This document shows positions 43,616 through 51,234 of a DNA stretch of 64,000 nt, piece by piece; the stretch's first letter is position 1; each line of letters opens with the position of its first letter. The notes under the pieces are model-generated. The model searched no databases. It saw only the letters and a program-made list of their open reading frames with translations, and was not told the DNA's origin. Location: positions 1 through 64,000 of the forward strand of contig CALKOM010000103.1 of assembly GCA_938091905.1 (NCBI GenBank), in the 5' to 3' direction. The position numbers and the translations under genes are program-made. Source of the DNA: an uncultured Verrucomicrobiales bacterium (lineage in GTDB: Bacteria; Verrucomicrobiota; Verrucomicrobiia; Verrucomicrobiales; DEV007).

Positions 43616-43805
43616 CTTTATCAATTTTACTCCCACAGAGAAGGTCTCGTGCTGGTGTGCGCGGTCAAACGCATTGTGACGAATATTTCACACCGGGTTG
43701 GCGCATCGCCCTTTGTCAGGCACTAGAAATGGGGCCGCCGAGCAGAAGGCGTTGAAAGAAGGAGTCGAGCAGACGGATATCTGGATTCTGCGCTTTCAAC
43801 ATTTT

Positions 43806-44498
43806 TTAATGTTGTGTGAGGAATTTTAGCTGTTGTTCTAGGAAGACATGCAATAACGGATTCGGAACCGCAGTGTCTCCTTCCATGGCCTGACATTTGG
43901 CCGTGAGCAACCGGTTTACCTGCAGCGCGACGGCACTATCGAAGCTGTCCAACTCAAGTAGCCTTCGAAATCGCACTGGCGGTGGTCGCTTCCGCTCCAA
44001 GACCCAACGTGAGGCTAATACTCTACGCAGAGCATACAGGTAGTGCTTTAGGCGAACCTGAGGCTCTTACAGTGATCCTAGCCATGTCTTGCGTGCCATT
44101 CTTAGAGAGTATCCCGCTAGCGGCTTTGCTCTAGGGATATCTGGAACGAGCGCGCGCCAAAGCGACATCACCTCTTCGTCTTCACAATAAACGAAGGGAG
44201 AGTGCAACCACTCAAGGAAAGCCCCATTTGATTTGCCAAATAGGAGCAAGGCCTTTTGCACGTCCCATCCGGCGATGTCGTGAAGATCGGCGTCTAGTCG
44301 GAATTGCAGCGTGTCAGAGTATTTTCTTGGGCTGAGGTAGGTCTCGTGCTTCTTTCGATAGAGAAATAGAATATCGTAATCGTTGTCGGGGGAGGCTAAA
44401 CCCCAGGCTCGGCTTCCCGATTCACCGGCGTAAAACACACGCACATCATGTGTTCTCTCGATCTCTCGTAACCTCGAACGAATGGATGCTGTGTTCAT
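43806..44498 (-). pseudogene. RlaP/YcgL-type pol-beta nucleotidyltransferase with in-frame TAA
   Basis: ESGSRAWG.ASPD.DYD, GWDV.KAL and EWLHSP; TAA at 44067, then the frame continues KHYLYALR..L..RW. Confidence 0.88.
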
Positions 44499-44524
44499 GT
44501 TATGCGATGGTTGTGTTTGTTTGT

Positions 44525-44596
44525 ATTGGGCGAAAGCCCGACTGATCACCCTGCCTTAGAGGCAAGACGACCAGCCGCGCATGTCTACGACTCAAC
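44525..44596 (-). ncRNA. Candidate bacterial Y RNA
   Basis: Starts about 12 nt after the TROVE stop. 5' GUUGAGUCGUAG can pair with 3' CUUUCGCCCAAU with a single bulge; internal 16-bp hairpin at 44540-44576. Confidence 0.5.
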
Positions 44597-44607
44597 CTAG
44601 AGAGGTG

Positions 44608-45031
44608 TTAGATAACCACGTTGGCGATCTGCCTAAGCAGTGCTTGGTGGTCCTGATCAAGAAGGCTGAGGTTTTCCAACGTTTTGTCGGAAAACCCTGC
44701 CAAACGGTAGACGTTCGTTTCCGGAAACGTGAGTGAGCCATACCCAGCAAGATCAAAGGTGAAGACCTTGGGGCGGGCTTCCACACGCTTCTTATACTGG
44801 TGTAGCGCCTTTACAGGGGCGTGATGACTGCATGCCTGAAAGGATGATGACACGTTTATAGTGTTTCTCAGCCTGCTGGAAGGTGGCATGGAAATCGGTT
44901 CCGGCACACTCTGCCATTTTCTCAATGCGCGACGCTACGGTTAGTGTCGCGTCTTGCTTGTCCAGGCTCAGCATTCTAGCGGAATTGCTGAAGATCATGA
45001 GGTCAGCATTGGAGCTCTTGTAGAGGATGCC
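44608..45031 (-). pseudogene. Ro60/TROVE protein, C-terminal vWA remnant
   Basis: ILYKS.NADLMIFS, GTDFH..F, RVIILSGMQ (from SDMQ), frameshift, then KVFTFDLAGYG.L.FPE.NVY.LAGFSDK; N-terminal TROVE ring deleted. Confidence 0.85.
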
Positions 45032-45094
45032 GCGGGAATTTCACCCGCTACACGCTGCTTACAAGGCAGCATCGCCCCTCATGAATACGGGAGA
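45032..45094 (-). tRNA. Pseudo-tRNA, Thr(UGU)-like, 3' acceptor strand deleted
   Basis: Perfect anticodon arm GCTGC-CTTGTAA-GCAGC, 5-nt variable loop, T-arm GCGGG-TGAAATT-CCCGC, then joins TROVE coding sequence. Confidence 0.7.
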
Positions 45095-45340
45095 CTTTTC
45101 AAAAATTCCTTCTGTTGCGATGCTGAAATGAGAAATTTCAAATTTTTCGTGACGAAATGCACAAACTGGTGCTCTAAAGGAGCGTGGGCAGCTAGTTCTA
45201 AGCTATTTGTCTTCCTTTCCATCAATCAATGCACACCGAGCTTAAGCAACTCTTCATCAATATCGTCGTCATGTTCAGCGTTGTCATCCTACCTATTCTG
45301 GTGGTGATTGGCGCTTATCGTCTGTTTCTAACTATTACAG

Positions 45341-45384
45341 GCCAGTCTCAGCGGGTCCCCGCACCTGCGCGGCTACAGACTGGC
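45341..45384 (-). ncRNA. Mini tRNA-like element (acceptor-like stem plus degenerate T arm)
   Basis: 8-bp stem GCCAGTCT/AGACTGGC, followed by GTAGC, and a GCAGG-TGCGGGGA-CCCGC arm. Confidence 0.45.
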
Positions 45385-45414
45385 GAAGAGCAGTAGATTC
45401 TCGTCGGAAAAGAA

Positions 45415-45475
45415 TAGCTACGGTGGGAGTTGCACCCCCACCTCCGACGTCTCTCCTTGTTGGGTTGCGTGGCTA
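45415..45475 (-). ncRNA. tRNA-like element lacking a clear anticodon arm
   Basis: TAGCCACG...CGTAGCTA closing stem (7/8 pairs) and T arm GGGGG-TGCAACT-CCCAC. Confidence 0.55.
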
Positions 45476-45493
45476 GAAGTGCTTACAAAAGAA

Positions 45494-45520
45494 TTTGCAC
45501 TGGACCGGGTTCAAACCGGA
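45494..45520 (-). ncRNA. tRNA-like 3' fragment (T arm plus acceptor strand)
   Basis: TCCGG-TTTGAAC-CCGGT-CCAGTGC. Confidence 0.4.
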
Positions 45521-45585
45521 TGCCTTTGCTGGTGGGCTAGGTGAGAAGACACCGGGTGAACTGGACCCTTTAATTGGTAAATATG

Positions 45586-45630
45586 TGGTATTCCGGGTAG
45601 GATTCGAATTTACAGCCGTCTCGTTCGAAG
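45586..45630 (-). tRNA. Pseudo-tRNA, Arg(UCG)-like 3' portion with encoded CCA
   Basis: CTTCGAA-CGAGA-CGGCT-GTAAA-TTCGAAT-CCTAC-CCGGAAT-A-CCA has canonical spacing; 5' half absent. Confidence 0.7.
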
Positions 45631-45642
45631 TATTCGCCGGGT

Positions 45643-47429
45643 CTATCCTGTTTCACATCGAGCGCGTAGTCTTTCTGCTCGCGTCTCCAGAAGAAGAAGC
45701 TCGTTCACATTGCGGATCGCCCCGAGGTCGATGTGGATCCACGCTTCTTCTTCGATTCCGGTGTGACTTACTCTTTGGTCCCAAATGTTTTCGTTGGTAT
45801 TGCCATCGTTCAGGTGATTGGCTGTAGTGTGAGCGTTTAGAGTGGAAGATGGTGACTCCGGATTGACGAGAGAGATTGGTTAGCATTGGAGCCCTGTGCG
45901 TGAAGGTGAGATCTCCTAGAGCCATGGACCAGGTTTGCATTCCCGTTTTAAAGGCTGCGGGATCGGGATGGCCTGCGCGGTTGATAAAGGTAAGGACGAC
46001 TCGATCGACTGCTTCTGTGAATCTTGCTTGGCAGGAGCCGTCATTACTCATGTGTTGGCCGGAAATCCCATCATCGATTTGATGGGCGAAGTCTCCGACG
46101 AGGCGACTGCCGACCTGCTTGATGGCGCGTCCTTTGTCTGTGTAGGTAGGACTGTCAACGGCCAGGCCGTATCTAGTGGCACTGACCTCTACTTCATCAC
46201 CTGAATTGAATCCGCTTGTCGGCTTGAGGAACCCGTTGATGCCATGCATCGGGAGATTGAGATCGTGCACTGGATGATCAAAGTCTAGAATGATGCGGTA
46301 GCAGGTGAAGTCGTCGATAGCGGCTGTTTCTCCTGGGCCACCCCAGTAACCCCAGAGGCCTAGCACGACACTGTTTGCTGAATCGGTGACGATTTGCCAT
46401 GATCCCGGTGCAAAGAACTCTCCCGTTGGATCACCCCATTGATCGATTTCCCATTTGGAGTAAGTGGTTAGGTTAGGAGTAGATTGATCGTGTTGAAGTG
46501 TGAGGGCTGCGCGAGCGCGTCCGTCTTTTGAAAGGGCGGTGGTGGTGGCAGTATCGTTGTTATATCCAGGCCTTGAAAGCTGTTCTTTGCGCGAGAGCCA
46601 TTCGATTGCCGTGGCGTTGAGTGTTGGGTCCACCTGTTCGTTCTTGAATCTAAGATCGCCGAGGGAAAGTGACCATGTTTGCTGGCCGTTTTGAAAGGTG
46701 GCGTTGGTCGGATCAACTGCCCGATTTGTGAGGCGTAAGACGAGTTTATCTAGCTTCTCAGTTGCGACGACACGCGCGCTACCTTCATCAAAGGTGCTAG
46801 AGGTCGATCCGAATGGACTGTTAGTATTTCCAGCGAGTCCAGGTGCTTGCTGCGTCACTCCGTGACCTAACGCCTTGAAACGGATGATGTTGATTGGCTG
46901 ATCGTTCAGGAACCCTTGTGCGTTCAACTCATCGACACAATTGTATCCGCTGTTAGTGATGAGAGCATTGATGCCATGAAGGGGCAGTTCTAGTTTAGTG
47001 ACCGGTCGATCAAATTCGAGCGAGATTTCGTAGGTGGTGGTCTCGTTTGGAGCGACTCGTGGCGTTTCTGGGGCACCATCTCAACCCCAGACGCCTAGAA
47101 CAACATCATTGGTTGCGCTAGAAACGGCCTGCCAGGATCCTTTGTTGGCAGTGAGCTGGCCTTCCGGATCTCCCCAGCGATCAATCTCCCATTTCGAGAA
47201 CGTGAAGAGATCACGTGAGGTACCCTGGTGGGTGAGGGTGACGGTCACTCGGTTTGCGCCCGAGTCAGAGTAGATGGCGTGCGATGCGGTGTTGTTTGAG
47301 TAGCCTGCTTTGGATAGGCTTCCGCGCTTGTCGGCCCATGAAATGCGACCGGCCGAGGCACAATCCGACCAACCGAGAAGGGCTCCGATGGCCAGGAACA
47401 GGGGGGAGTAAATGACCGTTAGTCTTCAT
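45643..47429 (-). pseudogene. Exported protein with two tandem ~220-aa repeats and a C-terminal F-type lectin/discoidin-like domain
   Basis: Repeat motif SKWEID.WGDP.G...GSWQ.V....N.VVLG.WG occurs twice; TGA at 47081; frameshifted tail NDGNTN..IW..RVSHT..EE.AWI.IDLG. Confidence 0.7.
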
Positions 47430-47577
47430 TCTGCTTGATGCTTTTCATAATTAATATAAGTATCAAGATGGATTCTCAATTTATCTTTTCTTGATCCGCC
47501 CGCTCCTCTCCTGTGGGTTCGCAGTTGTGAGCGGGTCGTTTTCCCGTTAGCCTGGACTCCTTTCCGAGGAGGCAATC

Positions 47578-48318
47578 ATGGTAGATTACGGCGACAGCTT
47601 AGGACCCAAAGGGGATGCTCGATTTGCGACGACGCATTGGAGCATGGTGCTGGAGGCGAGAGATGGTCAGAATGCTGATGCCGATGCGGCGCTTGAGGCT
47701 CTTTGTTCTGCCTATTGGTATCCTTTATATGCGTACGGTCGGCGCAGTGGCATCGCGCCGGATGAGGCGAAAGATCTGACTCAGCAGTTCTTTCAGCAGC
47801 TCCTGGAGAAGCAGTTCCTCGATTCGGTTCATCCGAGCAAAGGCAAATTCCGAAGCTTTCTGCTGGCGACTTTCAAAAATCTCGTGAAGACCGAATGGCG
47901 GCGTGCCAATGCTCAGAAGCGGGGCGGGGGACAGGTGATTCTATCGATAGATGAGCAGGACCCCGAAGGACGCTACAAATGTGAGCCTCAGGACGATACG
48001 ACACCGGATCAGTTGTACGAACGTCAGTGGGCGCAGACTTTGGTTGGACGTTCAATTGGTCGATTGAAGGATGAGTGGGAATCACAGGGCAAGCCGTTTG
48101 AGAAGTTGAAGGTTTATTTGTTAGGCCAGAAAGGCGATTCACCCTTTGCGGAAATGGCGTCTGAGTTGGGGACGACTGAGAATGCCTTGAAAGCGTCGGT
48201 GCATCGTATGCGAAGAAGATACGGAGAGATCTTTCGTTCGGAGGTGGCATTGACGGTGAACGACCCTAACGAGGTGGATGAGGAACTGCAGCACCTGCTA
48301 GGTGCTTTGAGTGGTTAG
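47578..48318 (+). CDS. ECF-type RNA polymerase sigma factor (PVC type)
   Basis: FATTHWSMV, YWYPLYAY, DLTQ.FF, KGKFRSFL and AQKRGGG. Confidence 0.92.
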   Translation: MVDYGDSLGPKGDARFATTHWSMVLEARDGQNADADAALEALCSAYWYPLYAYGRRSGIAPDEAKDLTQQFFQQLLEKQFLDSVHPSKGKFRSFLLATFKNLVKTEWRRANAQKRGGGQVILSIDEQDPEGRYKCEPQDDTTPDQLYERQWAQTLVGRSIGRLKDEWESQGKPFEKLKVYLLGQKGDSPFAEMASELGTTENALKASVHRMRRRYGEIFRSEVALTVNDPNEVDEELQHLLGALSG

Positions 48319-48324
48319 GCGATC

Positions 48325-51222
48325 ATGAGTTCGGCAGAAGAGCAGTCTGCGTGTCCAACTTGTGGTGGGGCTCTGGCTGCCGATGCCCCAGAAGGGCTCT
48401 GTGCCAAGTGCATCGTCGAAGTGATGATGAACTTTGCCGAAGCGGATGAGGGAAGTTTCGACGACGACGAGGAAGTCACTCTGCTCACGGCAGCGGCCCA
48501 GATTGGGCAAGTTGGGGACTACGAGATCTTGGAGAAGATTGCTGCTGGTGGCATGGGCGTTGTTTATCGGGCCCGTCAAAAGCGCTTGGGACGTGTGGTG
48601 GCGCTCAAGCTCGTGGCCGAGGGGAAACTAGCTGCGGATTCGGACAAGGAGCGTTTCTTGCTTGAGGCCCGAGCTGCTGGTGAGCTTGATCATCCTAATA
48701 TCGTGCCTATTTATGAGGTGGGTGAAGATGATGGGCAGTACTTCTTTAGCATGCCCTTGGTGACTGGAGGGAGCCTTTCAGATTGGCTGGATGAGCAGGC
48801 CATTTCCGATGGAGGCAAGAGCGGCAGTAGCCTGGGAGCGAATTTCCGTGATCGGCAGAGTGCTGCGGCCAAGTTACTTCAGAAGATTGCCAAGGCCGTG
48901 CACTACGCGCATGAGCAGGGGATTCTTCACCGTGACCTCAAACCGGCGAACATTCTGATTGATCATCATGGCGAACCTCAGATCAGTGACTTTGGTTTGG
49001 CAAAGCGCGTTGCTGATGACTCCCATCTCACAATCAGCGGGCAATTGCTAGGCTCTCCGGCTTACATGTCTCCTGAGCAGGCTCAAGGAAAGAATCATGA
49101 ACTCACGCCTGCTGCGGATGTTTATGCGATCGGGGTGATGCTCTATCAAGCGCTTACGGGAGGAATTCCCTTCGACGGCGATTCGCCGATGAAGTTGCTC
49201 CAGGAGACCCTTACGAAAGAGCCTAAGCCGCTGCGTAAGTGTAACCCTCGCATTGATCGAGATCTGGAAACAATCACGCTTTGTTGTTTGGAGAAGGAGC
49301 CAGGAGATCGCTATACTTCGGCGGAGGCGTTGGCCGAGGACTTGGACCGTTGGTTAGACGGGAAACCGATCAAAGCCAAGTCCGCTGGTGTGGTTAGACG
49401 TTCGGTGAAGTGGCTTCGGCGTAAGCCGGCCGTGGCTGCTGCCGCAGGGATAGCTATCCTGGGAGCTGCTTTGATGGCTGGGATGGATTGGCGTCACGAA
49501 AGGGAGCAGGCCATAAAGAGTTTGGCGGATTATCCGGAGGATATTCGATTGGCTCACGAGCACCTGGATGGTGGACAGATCACGCAGGCTTCAGCGATTC
49601 TTGATAAACAGCTGCCTGGAGACCGCGAGTTTGCCTGGAAGTGGTTGGCTAGGCGTTGTGCTTCTACACGTGCCGTAGAGGTTGGTAGAGACCAAGTGCA
49701 TGCCCTCACACCTTCCCTCACTCAGTCGGGTGTTGTGCTTGTGCAGGGGCCGTTGGGTGTCGTGCGGTCATGGGACCTTTCGGGCAATAAGGTGATCGAG
49801 GACTTCAAGGCGGCGCAACCACCCTCTCTAACGGAGATGCGATTTGACGGTGGTGGAACGTTTCTACTCACCCAGAATGCGGAGAAAGGACTGCGCTTGC
49901 TCTTGCCGAATTCTGAGAGAAAGGATGGCAAATTGGCCTCTACGTTGGTTTCGTCGCGTGGAGGCTTTCTGGCGGCAGCGCCCGGTTTGAGACCGTCTCT
50001 CTTTGTGCAATCTAGAGGACAACGTGGGGATAGCCTGTTCACTTGGGCTCCACCTTGGCGGGAGGGAAGTCCTCGGTTTGAACTCTCAGACAATTTGCAG
50101 GCTCTGTCAATATCTCCAAAGTCGCAGCAGCACGAACGTTATTACGTGGCGGCTTGTTTTTCTTCGAAGATTGAGTTGTGGCAATGGGAGGAGGATGTCT
50201 TCTTTCGTAAGGCGACGATCCAGCGGAAACCAAGTCCGTCTGCTGCGATGGCGTTTTCACCGAACGGACGTCTGCTGTTGGTTGGAGATGCTAGGGGCAT
50301 GATCCGCGGTTTGAATCGTAGATCTGCGGATTGGAGCGATTTAGAGTATCAACACTTAGGTGCGGTGCAGACGATGACTACATTGAACAGCGGTGGTGTC
50401 CATCACGTGGTGGCCGGTAATGAAGACGGTCAATTGAGGGCATGGCCACTAGTATTCGAGAGGTCCAACATTGCCTCAAACGTGGAATTGCCGTTCGGTT
50501 TTTCTGAAGACGGTGATTCGATGGTTTTTAGGAACTTGAAATCCGGCAAGCTCCAAGTCCGGTCGACGCGTGAAGCGGCAAGTGTCTCACTGGGAGAGTT
50601 GAGGAAATCGGGGACCATGATTGTTCTCGCCTTGTTGCAGTCGGCTCCGCCAGTGGCTCTGGCCATCTTCCAGGATGAAGCGAAGCGGCTTTCTGCTTCA
50701 CGGATAACGAAAGACGGCGTTTCCCCAGCACTCGAGCAGACCCTTCCAAGGATACGCACGGATTGGCTTGATCAGTCCGTGAACGGGTCTCACTGGTTCA
50801 TTCTCGGTTCAGATGGCGAGGTCCGAGAAGTTGATCTGCAAACCGGCAGTATTCGGGCCGTGGAGAGGCTCAGCGGTGATTCTCGAAAGAAAGTGCGTAT
50901 CTTCGGTGGAGAATCCTCGTTATTATCAACCATGGAGGGCACTACCATCACTTTGCACGAGTCATCTTCTAAAGTTCGGCGCTTGGAGCTGGCGACAGCC
51001 GCCGTTGCCTCCCATCTCGCTGTGAGTCCCGATCATCAGACGTTGGCCGTTGCACATGAAGATGATCGGCTACGACTCTGGCATGGAAGGAGTGGTAAGC
51101 TTCTTCTGAAGATCAGCGAACACCCATGGGACTACCTTCAGTTCAGTCCCACAGGAGAGACTCTTGTTGGCTATGAGACCAATGGGAATCTTCATTTCTT
51201 CGATACACAGATGACTCCCTAA
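48325..51222 (+). CDS. Ser/Thr protein kinase with zinc ribbon, TM helix and WD40-like propeller
   Basis: CPTC..CAKC, GGMG.VY, VALK, HRDLKPAN, DFG and GSPAYMSPEQ; WD-like repeats. Confidence 0.93.
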   Translation: MSSAEEQSACPTCGGALAADAPEGLCAKCIVEVMMNFAEADEGSFDDDEEVTLLTAAAQIGQVGDYEILEKIAAGGMGVVYRARQKRLGRVVALKLVAEGKLAADSDKERFLLEARAAGELDHPNIVPIYEVGEDDGQYFFSMPLVTGGSLSDWLDEQAISDGGKSGSSLGANFRDRQSAAAKLLQKIAKAVHYAHEQGILHRDLKPANILIDHHGEPQISDFGLAKRVADDSHLTISGQLLGSPAYMSPEQAQGKNHELTPAADVYAIGVMLYQALTGGIPFDGDSPMKLLQETLTKEPKPLRKCNPRIDRDLETITLCCLEKEPGDRYTSAEALAEDLDRWLDGKPIKAKSAGVVRRSVKWLRRKPAVAAAAGIAILGAALMAGMDWRHEREQAIKSLADYPEDIRLAHEHLDGGQITQASAILDKQLPGDREFAWKWLARRCASTRAVEVGRDQVHALTPSLTQSGVVLVQGPLGVVRSWDLSGNKVIEDFKAAQPPSLTEMRFDGGGTFLLTQNAEKGLRLLLPNSERKDGKLASTLVSSRGGFLAAAPGLRPSLFVQSRGQRGDSLFTWAPPWREGSPRFELSDNLQALSISPKSQQHERYYVAACFSSKIELWQWEEDVFFRKATIQRKPSPSAAMAFSPNGRLLLVGDARGMIRGLNRRSADWSDLEYQHLGAVQTMTTLNSGGVHHVVAGNEDGQLRAWPLVFERSNIASNVELPFGFSEDGDSMVFRNLKSGKLQVRSTREAASVSLGELRKSGTMIVLALLQSAPPVALAIFQDEAKRLSASRITKDGVSPALEQTLPRIRTDWLDQSVNGSHWFILGSDGEVREVDLQTGSIRAVERLSGDSRKKVRIFGGESSLLSTMEGTTITLHESSSKVRRLELATAAVASHLAVSPDHQTLAVAHEDDRLRLWHGRSGKLLLKISEHPWDYLQFSPTGETLVGYETNGNLHFFDTQMTP

Positions 51223-51234
51223 CAAACCCTCGTA

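Noticed and set aside
45032..45630. Functional tRNA genes
   Set aside because: No module has a complete cloverleaf; they are reported as pseudo-tRNA or tRNA-like only.
45586..45630. attR/attL of an element integrated at tRNA-Arg
   Set aside because: There is no integrase or matching second copy in the window, and the neighbouring tRNA-like modules point to an array remnant instead.
2349..47083. Genome-wide stop-codon reassignment (TGA=Trp or TAG=sense) suggested by in-frame stops at 2349, 2658, 5625, 19265, 27478, 28345 and 47081
   Set aside because: Intact genes end in TGA and TAG at expected family C-termini (asnS, selO, rlpA). The stops replace different residues, and most of the same genes also have frameshifts, truncations or catalytic mutations.
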